Assembly: GCF_009738185.1 (NCBI RefSeq)
Contig: NZ_CP046509.1
Span: 1,777,361-1,801,360, forward strand
Reading direction: 5' to 3'
Origin: Erwinia sorbitola
Lineage (GTDB): Bacteria > Pseudomonadota > Gammaproteobacteria > Enterobacterales > Enterobacteriaceae
DNA length: 24,000 nt
Shown: positions 1 through 7,694 of the stretch, piece by piece
Numbering within the stretch: position 1 is the stretch's first letter
How the letters are laid out: each line of letters starts with the position of its first letter
The notes under the pieces: generated by a model
Databases searched by the model: none
What the model saw: only the letters and a program-made list of their open reading frames with translations
What the model was told of the DNA's origin: nothing
Translations under genes and position numbers: made by a program

Positions 1-330
1 GCGATCCCACGTCATGCGGCTTCTGCCTGGGCCAGCTACAGCTTCCTGCACGGTGAGCTGAACGGTCTGACTGTGGGTACGGGTGTGCGTTACATCGGTC
101 GGGCACCGGGCGATGATATCGGTGAATACTATGTACCGCATTACACCCTGTATGACGCAATGGTGAAGTATGAACTTGGCCAGGCCGTTCCGGTTCTGAA
201 GGGAACCACCCTGCAATTTAACGTGCAGAACCTGACGGATAAACACTATGTTTCATCCTGTGCGGGTCAGTGGGCGTGCTTCTACGGCGCAGGCCGTACC
301 TTCGTAGCATCGGTAAACTACCGTTGGTAA
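1..330 (+). CDS. TonB-dependent siderophore receptor, C-terminal fragment (5' end lies outside the window)
   Basis: Frame 1 is open from base 1 to the TAA at 328-330. The tail ([15 protein letters not shown]...[27 protein letters not shown]...[14 protein letters not shown]...[16 protein letters not shown]) aligns position for position with the C-terminus of the complete 728-aa receptor at 777-2963. It ends in the aromatic terminal residue typical of outer-membrane beta-barrels. Confidence 0.9.
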   Translation, partial: AIPRHAASAWASYSFLHGELNGLTVGTGVRYIGRAPGDDIGEYYVPHYTLYDAMVKYELGQAVPVLKGTTLQFNVQNLTDKHYVSSCAGQWACFYGAGRTFVASVNYRW

Positions 331-391
331 ACGGGTAGTGTATATTCTTATTTAAACATCATCATTATTGTACAGCGTTATTATCATCCTT

Positions 392-423
392 TAGCCACCC
401 TCGCCGGGGTGGCTATTTTTTTT
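392..423 (+). terminator. Rho-independent terminator of the upstream receptor gene
   Basis: Stem TAGCCACCC (392-400) / GGGTGGCTA (407-415) with a 6-nt loop, followed by a T8 run (416-423). Confidence 0.8.
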
Positions 424-544
424 CTGTTTTACCACTCCAGTCAGCTACCTCCAGGCGTTACTCAAGACACGCCATTTCTTCTTTGTTTACATATTGTTAC
501 TTTCCCTTATCTGTACCAGTCATTTCTGAGTTTAAAAATGCTAA

Positions 545-577
545 TGCAAATGTTATTGAGAGTGATTTACATTTGCA
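545..577. promoter_or_regulatory. Inverted repeat with a Fur-box-like core in the receptor promoter region
   Basis: Perfect 9-bp inverted repeat TGCAAATGT-N15-ACATTTGCA (545-553 / 569-577) in AT-rich DNA about 200 bp upstream of the ATG at 777. The centre, TGAGAGTGATTTACA (557-571), matches the 7-1-7 Fur form TGATAATnATTATCA at 10 of 14 positions. Iron regulation is expected for this gene family, but the match is only moderate. Confidence 0.35.
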
Positions 578-776
578 TTAATATGCAGCGCAACTTAGCT
601 GGATAAAGCTGTAACTCTGCATTTAGTAAGGTTTTTTTTAGCTGAGGGAGAATGCGTGCGGACGCAGACGATCCGTGCCATTGCGTATGTCAGCCAGTGC
701 CAATCAGCAAAGCTAATGGGTTGGCGGGCTTTATCGGTTTTCGTAGACAAGGCTGTTTCAGACGAGATAACACAAT

Positions 777-2963
777 ATGGTGAATAAGATAAAAACCCAG
801 GCACGACCTGGCGTGGCATTACCCTCCGGGCCTTACGCTTTACGCCTGCTGCTGGCTTCCTCGCTGCTGGCCGCGCCTGTGGCTCAGTCGGCCGGTGACG
901 ATACCCTGACCGTAACGGCGGAAACGTCGGAAAGCGTGACCGCACGCAACGCCGGCATTGTGGCGAAAGAGAGCGCGTCTGGTACCAAAACGCCAACGCC
1001 ACTGCGAAAAACGCCGCAATCGATTTCGGTCGTCACCCGCGACCAGATGGACGATCAGGCGGCAGCTTCAGTGTCTGATGCCCTGAGCTACACCAGCGGG
1101 GTGGTCACAAACTATCGCGGTAACTCTAACCGTAACGACGAAATTATCAGCCGGGGCTTCCGTTACGCGCCAAAACTGCTGGACGGCCTGCACTATGGTC
1201 TTTCCAGCTCCAGCGGTGGGTCAGGGCAGTTGGATCCGTGGCTGATGGAGCGCGTGGAGATGGTACACGGCCCGGCGGGCGTCTTATACGGCCAGGTCAG
1301 CCCTGGTGGCCTGGTGGTGATGACCAGCAAGCGCCCGACGGCCGAGAGTATTCATGAAGTTAAACTGAGTACGGGTAATCAGCATCTCGCGGAAGCAGCG
1401 TTTGATTTTGGCGGCAAGCTGGATGATGACAACACGCTGTTTTATCGACTGAACGGTATCGCCTTTACCAAACATGAATTTGTGAAGGGCAATAAACAGC
1501 AGCGCATGGCGATTGCTCCGGCGATCACCTGGCTTGCCAGCGAAGACACCACGTTCACCCTGCTGACCAGTTATCAGTACGAGCCGGAAGCGGGCGCCCG
1601 TAACTTCTATCCGCGCGCCGGAACGTTGTTCAGCACCAGTGCAGGCTATGTGCCTTATGACTTTAACGTCAGCGAAACCAATTTCAATCGCTCCACCCGT
1701 GAGCAGACATCCATCGGCTATGAGCTGGAACACAACTTTAACGAGGCGCTGTCGTTTAAACAGAACCTGCGCTACAGCCACCGCCAGGAAGAGTATAAAT
1801 ATCTGGTGTATAACGCCACGGGTGCAAACGACCACACCATCACGCGTATCCCGCAACATGATAAGGTGCTGACCAATGAGATGGGCGTGGATAACCAGTT
1901 AAAAGGGCTGATCAGTACCGGCAGCGTGGAGCACACTCTGCTTGGCGGGCTGGATTATCGTTACAGTCACGTTAACAGTAAGCTGTGGCGCGATCGCTCA
2001 GGGGATTACGAGCTGGACTGGACCAATCCTGTCCATATTGATATTGATGAAAGCAAGCTGCTGCTCTCTTCCGATACTCAGAAGACCCTGAATCAGGTCG
2101 GTGTTTACTTACAGGATCAGCTGGAGTGGCAGCAGTGGAACCTGCTGTTATCCGGGCGTCATGACTGGTCGCAGGTGCATACGGTCTCCTATACCGGTGA
2201 TGGCAGCGATGAGACCTACAACGATAATCAGTTTACGGGGCGTGCAGGTCTGCTGTATGCCTTTGATAACGGATTGTCGCCGTATATCAGCTACAGCACC
2301 TCTTTCGAACCCACCTTACAGGCCAGCGCGCCGGGTGCCGATCCGCTGAAACCGACCACCGGAGAGCAGACCGAGCTTGGCATTAAATATCAGCCGGCAG
2401 GCAGCAATACGGCGCTGACGTTATCGCTGTTTGATATCAATCAGAAAAACGTGACAACCCTGAACTCCACTACTCAGTTCTATGAGCAGACAGGCAAGGT
2501 TAACTCGAAAGGATTCGAAGCGGAGCTGCACGCGCAGCCGGTGCCGGAAATCAAATTCACTGCCGCTTATACCTACACTGATGTTGTCACCAAAGAGACG
2601 ACCAAAGAACAGGAGCGCGGCCATAGTCCGGCCGGTGTACCAACCCATTCTGCATCGGCATGGGGCAGTTACAGCTTCCTCAGCGGCCCGCTGAATGGCT
2701 TTACGCTTGGCAGCGGTGTGCGCTATGTCGGTAAATCCCCGGCGGACAGTATCGGTGAGTACGATGTTCCGAGCTTTACGCTGTATGACGCCATGGCGAG
2801 CTATGAGCTGGGGCAGGCGGTGCCTTCCCTGAAGGGAGCAAAACTTCAGCTTAATGTGCAAAACCTGGCAGATAAGCACTATGTATCAAACTGTAGCAAC
2901 GCCTACGCCTGTTTCTATGGTACCGGGCGCAGCGTGGTGGCTTCCGTAGATTACCGCTGGTAA
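777..2963 (+). CDS. TonB-dependent siderophore receptor (FhuA/FoxA-like, hydroxamate type)
   Basis: 728-aa ORF. It has a signal peptide ending AAPVAQSA|GDD, a TonB-box-like DTLTVTA, and a plug-domain motif ([31 protein letters not shown]). The C-terminal barrel motif is [17 protein letters not shown]...[20 protein letters not shown] 777 is the first start after an in-frame TAA at 768-770, and its SD is weak. Confidence 0.93.
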   Translation: MVNKIKTQARPGVALPSGPYALRLLLASSLLAAPVAQSAGDDTLTVTAETSESVTARNAGIVAKESASGTKTPTPLRKTPQSISVVTRDQMDDQAAASVSDALSYTSGVVTNYRGNSNRNDEIISRGFRYAPKLLDGLHYGLSSSSGGSGQLDPWLMERVEMVHGPAGVLYGQVSPGGLVVMTSKRPTAESIHEVKLSTGNQHLAEAAFDFGGKLDDDNTLFYRLNGIAFTKHEFVKGNKQQRMAIAPAITWLASEDTTFTLLTSYQYEPEAGARNFYPRAGTLFSTSAGYVPYDFNVSETNFNRSTREQTSIGYELEHNFNEALSFKQNLRYSHRQEEYKYLVYNATGANDHTITRIPQHDKVLTNEMGVDNQLKGLISTGSVEHTLLGGLDYRYSHVNSKLWRDRSGDYELDWTNPVHIDIDESKLLLSSDTQKTLNQVGVYLQDQLEWQQWNLLLSGRHDWSQVHTVSYTGDGSDETYNDNQFTGRAGLLYAFDNGLSPYISYSTSFEPTLQASAPGADPLKPTTGEQTELGIKYQPAGSNTALTLSLFDINQKNVTTLNSTTQFYEQTGKVNSKGFEAELHAQPVPEIKFTAAYTYTDVVTKETTKEQERGHSPAGVPTHSASAWGSYSFLSGPLNGFTLGSGVRYVGKSPADSIGEYDVPSFTLYDAMASYELGQAVPSLKGAKLQLNVQNLADKHYVSNCSNAYACFYGTGRSVVASVDYRW

Positions 2964-3007
2964 GCGTACGGCCCGGCCCGGTTGTGACGGGGAATATTTT
3001 CTGCTGT

Positions 3008-3037
3008 TAGCCACTCCATGAGGGTGGCTATTTTTTT
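3008..3037 (+). terminator. Rho-independent terminator of the receptor gene
   Basis: Stem TAGCCAC (3008-3014) / GTGGCTA (3024-3030) followed by a T7 run (3031-3037). The arms are the same sequence as in the terminator at 392-423. Confidence 0.75.
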
Positions 3038-3102
3038 AGTTAAATCTCTCTAAGATAGGGGGGCGAACTGACCGCAGGATTTATCATCAAAGGAGAGAGA
3101 AA

Positions 3103-3450
3103 ATGTATGAGTCGCGTAATATGCCGCTGCTTCCCTTCAGGGATTTTTTAAAACGCCTGTTATTACATTTCGGAGGAGCGGTACTGCTGGTGATGATCAC
3201 CCTGCTGGCAGGCATGGCGGGCCATATGCTTTTCGATACCGATATCACCTGGCACGATGCGACGCTGAACAGCGCCTTTATCGCCAATGGAATCGGCCCT
3301 TATCTCGTGCCACAAAATCTCGCCGGAAAAGTATTTTTCGCTATTTACGGCATGTTTACCAGCTTCGTCTTTATGACCACGCTCGGCATGGTGCTGGCTC
3401 CAGTTGCGCATCGCCTGGTACATAAATTTCACCTCGATGATGAGGCGTAA
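3103..3450 (+). CDS. Small two-TM membrane protein with a K+-channel-like pore-loop architecture (degenerate filter)
   Basis: 115-aa ORF with a strong SD (AAAGGAGAGAGAAAATG). It has two hydrophobic helices (LLLHFGGAVLLVMITLLAGMAGHMLF and KVFFAIYGMFTSFVFMTTLGMVLAPVA) flanking ITWHDATLNSAFIANGIGPYLVPQNLAGK. That segment aligns with the KcsA pore helix and filter ([30 protein letters not shown]), but TVGYG is replaced by GIGPY. Confidence 0.6.
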   Translation: MYESRNMPLLPFRDFLKRLLLHFGGAVLLVMITLLAGMAGHMLFDTDITWHDATLNSAFIANGIGPYLVPQNLAGKVFFAIYGMFTSFVFMTTLGMVLAPVAHRLVHKFHLDDEA

Positions 3451-3667
3451 CCTCAAATAACAGTGCACTGATACAGTTATCGTCAGCCTCTGCCGCGCAG
3501 GCCGGGGCTGACCGCCACAGTTTCATGCGCGCGATCACAGAATGCCCTGTTACACCGTGAAAAACTTGTTTCAGCTATGCGTCTGTTAAAAAATATCGCT
3601 TTATGGCTGACAGGCGTAGTGTGACAGCCAGAAGGTCACTATTCCGTATGTTCCACAGGAGATTGTC

Positions 3668-5617
3668 GTGAATCAAAGCCAGCGCGAACACATTGCCACG
3701 GTAGTAGCCAGCGTCAGCGATAATGCGCAGCATCGGGCAGTGTGTCAGCACGATCAGGCGATTCGGGACTCATGGCAGCGGTGCGTTGAACGCTATGGTC
3801 TGGATCCCAGCCGGATGCAGGCGGCGCATATTCTGCCCTGGCATGAGCTGCGCGAGCACCGCGAGCATCTGGAAGAGTTTCGCCGTATTGCCCGGCATGG
3901 CCTGAGCGCGCTGTACCAGCAGATAGCTCCCGCAGGCTATGTCGTATTACTGACCGATGCGCAGGGTGTGACGGTGGATTATCTGGGCGATGAGAGCGCT
4001 GAAATCAGCCTGCGCCGCGCCGGACTGTTCCTCGGCGCACAGTGGTCGGAAGCCTGGGCGGGAACCTGTGCGGTAGGTACGGCGCTGGCAACCGGAAAAG
4101 CGCTGACCGTGCATCACAATGACCATTTTGACGCTACTCATATTGCGCTCTCCTGTTCGGCGGTGCCGCTGTTCGATCCGCAGGGGCAGCTCAACGCTAT
4201 TCTGGATATCTCCGCGCTCACCTCGCCGCAGCCAAAATCCGGTCAGCAGCTGGCATTACAGCTTGCCCGGCTGCATGCCCATCAGATTGAAAATGCCTGG
4301 TTTGAGCATCGTCATCGCACTGACTGGGTGCTGAAACTCAGCCCGGCATCTCCATTTGTCGAAGTCAGCCCGGATTACCTGATCGCTTTTGATGCCCGTG
4401 GCCGCCTCATCGGCCATAACCACCGCGCACAGCGTATGCTGGAGCAGGAGCTTGGCATTGAAGCTGCGTCACCGCACGGGCGCAGTAGCTTGCTCGGGAT
4501 GCCCATCGAACAGCTTTTTAATACCTCAATTAACAGCCTGCCGGACTGGCTGGCCAGCGCCAGCGGGCGTCAGGGTACGCTGGAGCGCGTGAACAGCGGC
4601 GAACGGCTGTATGTGACGGCGGTGCAGCCTGCAAGGCTCCCTGAACGTCCGGTGATCAATACCTCAGCGCAACTTTTACCTGCGCCGCTGGCGGCACTGA
4701 ATGGCGGCGATCCGGCATTGCAGCAGCAGCTACAGCGCGCTGCACGGCTGCTGAATGCGCCGCTGCATGTGGTGGTTCAGGGGGAAACCGGTAGTGGGAA
4801 AGAGTATTTTGCCCGCGCGTTTCATCAGTCCGGCGAGCGCAGCTCCCAGCCGTTTATTGCGCTGAACTGTGCCGCTATTCCTCCGACGCTGATCGAAAGC
4901 GTACTGTTTGGTCATCTGCCGGGAAGTTTCTCCGGGGCCGGAAATAAGGCACGACGCGGCCTGATCCAGGAAGCGGACGGCGGCACGCTGTTCCTTGATG
5001 AAATTGGTGATATGCCGCTGGAGATGCAGACGCGACTGCTGCGTGTACTTGCCGAGCAGGAGGTGTTGCCGGTCGGGGCTTCACGTCCGGTGGCGGTTAA
5101 TATTCGCGTGATTTCAGCATCTCATCATGTGCTGGATCAGCTGGTGGAGCAGGGGCGTTTCCGCGCTGACCTGTTCTATCGTTTACAGGGGGCGCGTATT
5201 ACTCTGCCCGCGCTGCGCAGCCGCAGCGATCTCGACTGGTTAATTGATAAGATGCTGGCGGGAAAAGCGTCGCTGTCGCAGGCGGCCCGCCAGTGTCTGC
5301 ACCAGCATGGCTGGCCGGGTAACCTGCGGGAGCTGAGTAACGCGCTGGATTATGCCGTGGCGATGTTTGAAGGTGAACGGATTGAAAGTGCGGATCTGCC
5401 GGAGGGAATCGGAACAACAGCTCCTGTGACGCTGGCGCAGGAGGGCGCGCTAACTGAACAGGCACTGCCGGAGGAGGCGCAGCGGCTGATGGCGTCTCTG
5501 CACGCTGCACGCTGGAACCACAGCGCGGTAGCGCGCCAGATGGGGATCAGCCGTATGACACTCTATCGCCGTATGCAGCGCTACGGTATTCAGTCTCCAA
5601 ATACTCTGCCCGCATAG
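3668..5617 (+). CDS. acoR: Sigma-54-dependent Fis-family transcriptional activator, AcoR-like (N-terminal sensory/GAF-like region, AAA+ core, C-terminal HTH)
   Basis: GTG start with SD CAGGAG 7 nt upstream. Walker A is GETGSGKE and Walker B is GGTLFLDEIGDM. The sigma-54 contact loop position reads GSFSGA. The R-finger region is RADLFYRL, and the C-terminal Fis-type HTH is NHSAVARQMGISRMTLYRRMQRYGI. The N-terminal AIRDSWQRCVERYGLDP is typical of the AcoR family. Confidence 0.85.
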   Translation: MNQSQREHIATVVASVSDNAQHRAVCQHDQAIRDSWQRCVERYGLDPSRMQAAHILPWHELREHREHLEEFRRIARHGLSALYQQIAPAGYVVLLTDAQGVTVDYLGDESAEISLRRAGLFLGAQWSEAWAGTCAVGTALATGKALTVHHNDHFDATHIALSCSAVPLFDPQGQLNAILDISALTSPQPKSGQQLALQLARLHAHQIENAWFEHRHRTDWVLKLSPASPFVEVSPDYLIAFDARGRLIGHNHRAQRMLEQELGIEAASPHGRSSLLGMPIEQLFNTSINSLPDWLASASGRQGTLERVNSGERLYVTAVQPARLPERPVINTSAQLLPAPLAALNGGDPALQQQLQRAARLLNAPLHVVVQGETGSGKEYFARAFHQSGERSSQPFIALNCAAIPPTLIESVLFGHLPGSFSGAGNKARRGLIQEADGGTLFLDEIGDMPLEMQTRLLRVLAEQEVLPVGASRPVAVNIRVISASHHVLDQLVEQGRFRADLFYRLQGARITLPALRSRSDLDWLIDKMLAGKASLSQAARQCLHQHGWPGNLRELSNALDYAVAMFEGERIESADLPEGIGTTAPVTLAQEGALTEQALPEEAQRLMASLHAARWNHSAVARQMGISRMTLYRRMQRYGIQSPNTLPA

Positions 5618-5634
5618 CAGGGCCACGGAGAGCA

Positions 5635-6384
5635 ATGATAATAAAAGTCAAAACCCCGGTGGCCGGAAACGGCCCGTTTTCACTCCCCCACGGGCGATTG
5701 CTATTCTGCCCTGACCCGGCCGTGGCGGAAGACGGGCTGTTTACCCTGGCTGCCGCAGGCCGCAAGGTGGCGCAGATCTGGCATGGGCCACAGTCGCTGG
5801 TGGTGCCCTCAAGCTATAAACGTTTCAGCAACCTGGATAAAGTGAGGGCACAGTATGCTGCTGCCGGGTGTCCGGTATTTTTACGCAAGTCCGGCGGCGG
5901 GCTGGTGCCGCAGGGGCCGGGGATTATTAATCTCAGCCTCGCCTGGCCCATCGAACGCACTTTTGGTGAGGCGGCAGAGGATGTATACCGTTACCTGTGC
6001 GGCATATTAAGCGATGCGCTGCGCAGTCTCGGCGTCGTTACTGGCTGGCAGGCGGTGGAGGGTTCGTTCTGTGACGGGCGTTTTAATCTTGCCTGTGGCG
6101 AAGGTCGGCAGGCGCGTAAGATCGCCGGAACGGCCCAATACTGGCGGGCGATCCCGGGTGAGGCGGATGCGCCGCGCCGCCATGTGGTGCTGGCGCATGC
6201 GGTGCTGCTGGTGGATTGTGATCTCACGGCGGCACACCGGCTGGCTAATCAGTTTGAGGCGATACTGGGCAGCGGGCACTGTTATCAGGCGTCGAAAACG
6301 GTGAGTGTGGCGCAGATGCTGCCGGCAGGGAGTAGCGGTTTGTGTGATGAGGTTATTGATGCGCTGATTGCGCGTTTACAATAG
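5635..6384 (+). CDS. Lipoate-protein ligase (LplA/LipB, BPL) family protein, catalytic domain only
   Basis: 249-aa ORF starting 17 nt after the acoR-like stop, with SD GGAGAG. It contains the LplA-family motif context FLRKSGGGLVPQGPG (compare RRxSGGGAV in LplA) and the lysine-containing ARKIAGTAQY segment. Confidence 0.65.
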   Translation: MIIKVKTPVAGNGPFSLPHGRLLFCPDPAVAEDGLFTLAAAGRKVAQIWHGPQSLVVPSSYKRFSNLDKVRAQYAAAGCPVFLRKSGGGLVPQGPGIINLSLAWPIERTFGEAAEDVYRYLCGILSDALRSLGVVTGWQAVEGSFCDGRFNLACGEGRQARKIAGTAQYWRAIPGEADAPRRHVVLAHAVLLVDCDLTAAHRLANQFEAILGSGHCYQASKTVSVAQMLPAGSSGLCDEVIDALIARLQ

Positions 6385-6404
6385 GGGCGAGGCCAGCCTC
6401 GCCC
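6385..6404. repeat. REP-like GC palindrome, probable bidirectional terminator between convergent genes
   Basis: GGGCGAGG-CCAG-CCTCGCCC starts immediately after the stop at 6384 and lies 18 bp from the stop of the convergent dehydrogenase gene. The arms are the same as the palindrome repeated in the array at 10429-10935 (GGGCGAGGCATGCCTCGCCC). Confidence 0.6.
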
Positions 6405-6421
6405 ATGGTATTAGCGTGGGA

Positions 6422-7477
6422 TTATTGCGGTGGACGCACCAGGATCTTCACCTGATTTTTCTCTTTCACCAGCGCTTCAAAACCTTCTGTTACCAGATCG
6501 TCTAATTCAATGCGTTTGGTAACCAGCTTTTCGGCCTGGAAATAGCCCTGAGTCATCAGCTCCATAACCGCCGGGAAAATGTGACGGTAGGCGATGATGC
6601 CTTTTACGTTACGTTCTGCCAGTACGACTTTATTCGGATGGAATGACGCTTCGCCTTCCCAGATCGACACAATGATGGTTTCGCCTTCGTAACGGGTGCT
6701 GTCGATACACTGTTTCAGCACTACCGGCACGCCGGTCACTTCGAAAGCAACATCCACACCACCCTTGCTCAACTCACGGATAGTCTCTACGGCGTCCTGC
6801 TTGCTGGGATCAATCACCACGTTAGCGCCCAGTTCGCGGGCTTTTTCAGCGCGCTGCGGGGACAGTTCCACCACGTAAATCTCTGAAGCGCCCGCCGCGC
6901 GCAGTGCTTCGATCACCAGTAGCCCAATCGGGCCAGCGCCAAATACCGCTGCTTTATCTCCGGCTTTCAGCTTGCTCATGCGTACGGCGTGCAGCGCCAC
7001 AGCGGCAGGCTCAACCAGCGCGCCCTGTTCGTAAGAGAGGCCGTCCGGCATACGATGAACCATATGCTCGTCAACCATGGTAAAGGAAGAGAATCCGCCG
7101 CCACCACCGGACAGGCCATGGAAACCGAGGTCGCCACACAGGTTATATTTGCCTTCACGGCAGGCTTCGCACTCGCGACAGGCGAGAATCGGTTCAACGA
7201 CTACGCGGTCGCCAGCTTTGAACTTAGTGACGCCGGTGCCAACTTCCACCACCTCACCGGAAAATTCATGTCCCATCACAATTGGGGCAATATCGTGGCT
7301 GATTTTATGAGGCTTATCTACAGGGACAAAGATCGGTCCAGCAAGATATTCATGCAGGTCGCTGCCGCAGATGCCGGTCCAGGCTACTTTGATTTTTACT
7401 TTGCCTGCGGAAACCTGAGGTTCTTCGATATCGTCGATGCGAATGTCATGTGCTTTATACCAACGTGCTGCTTTCAT
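6422..7477 (-). CDS. bdhA: (R,R)-2,3-butanediol dehydrogenase / acetoin reductase, zinc-dependent MDR family
   Basis: 351 aa. It is near-colinear with remembered B. subtilis BdhA (MKAA.WY...D.RI...EEP.V..G.VKIKV.W.GICGSDLHEYL.GPIF.PV..PH). It has the catalytic Zn ligands (GICGSD, GHEFSGEV), the structural Zn Cys cluster (CRECEACREGKYNLC) and the Rossmann motif GAGPIGL. Confidence 0.9.
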   Translation of the reverse strand: MKAARWYKAHDIRIDDIEEPQVSAGKVKIKVAWTGICGSDLHEYLAGPIFVPVDKPHKISHDIAPIVMGHEFSGEVVEVGTGVTKFKAGDRVVVEPILACRECEACREGKYNLCGDLGFHGLSGGGGGFSSFTMVDEHMVHRMPDGLSYEQGALVEPAAVALHAVRMSKLKAGDKAAVFGAGPIGLLVIEALRAAGASEIYVVELSPQRAEKARELGANVVIDPSKQDAVETIRELSKGGVDVAFEVTGVPVVLKQCIDSTRYEGETIIVSIWEGEASFHPNKVVLAERNVKGIIAYRHIFPAVMELMTQGYFQAEKLVTKRIELDDLVTEGFEALVKEKNQVKILVRPPQ

Positions 7478-7559
7478 CTTCTTTTCCCTTGAGATTGGTC
7501 AAAAACCTGTCCATTACCACATACATTGTGGCCGGTGCAGGAACTCAGGGCTGCATATT

Positions 7560-7576
7560 GCGAAAAGCATGCCAGA
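7560..7576 (-). promoter_or_regulatory. Sigma-54 (-24/-12) promoter of the butanediol dehydrogenase gene
   Basis: The minus strand reads CTGGCATGCTTTTCGCA against the consensus YTGGCACGrNNNTTGCW. The invariant GG and GC doublets have the exact 10-nt spacing. The -12 element lies about 84 nt upstream of the ATG at 7477. Confidence 0.75.
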
Positions 7577-7591
7577 ATGAATTGTTTATTT

Positions 7592-7604
7592 AATTCATTG
7601 ATTT
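7592..7604 (-). promoter_or_regulatory. IHF binding site between the promoter and the upstream palindrome
   Basis: The minus strand reads AATCAATGAATTA, a full match to the IHF core WATCAANNNNTTR. It is embedded in AT-rich DNA about 20-30 bp upstream of the -24 element. Confidence 0.55.
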
Positions 7605-7650
7605 ATAAGTATTAAACTTAAATTTCTGTTACAGGAACGATGAAAAGAGC

Positions 7651-7687
7651 ATAAAATGTGACACCTGTATCAGTGACAGGTGTCACA
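7651..7687 (-). terminator. amn rho-independent terminator; the same palindrome is positioned as a candidate enhancer (UAS) for the sigma-54 promoter
   Basis: Perfect 12-bp arms TGTGACACCTGT (7657-7668) / ACAGGTGTCACA (7676-7687) with a 7-nt loop. On the minus strand the hairpin begins 8 nt after the amn stop (7695-7697) and is followed by TTTTAT (7656-7651). It lies roughly 85-115 bp upstream of the -24 element. Confidence 0.75.
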
Positions 7688-7694
7688 GGTGGGG

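Noticed and set aside
652-783. 43-codon upstream ORF (MRADADDPCHCVCQ...) with a GAGG-type SD, whose TGA overlaps the receptor ATG at 777.
   Set aside because: It is rich in rare codons (AGA, CGA, ATA), its SD spacing is short, it has no recognisable family, and it lies in a region expected to be 5' UTR. It is most likely fortuitous. Ribo-seq could revisit this.
409-1002. ORFs 409-606 (+) and 595-1002 (-) in the receptor intergenic and 5' region.
   Set aside because: Neither has an SD or a family resemblance. The first lies in AT-rich promoter DNA, and the second is antisense to the receptor signal-peptide region.
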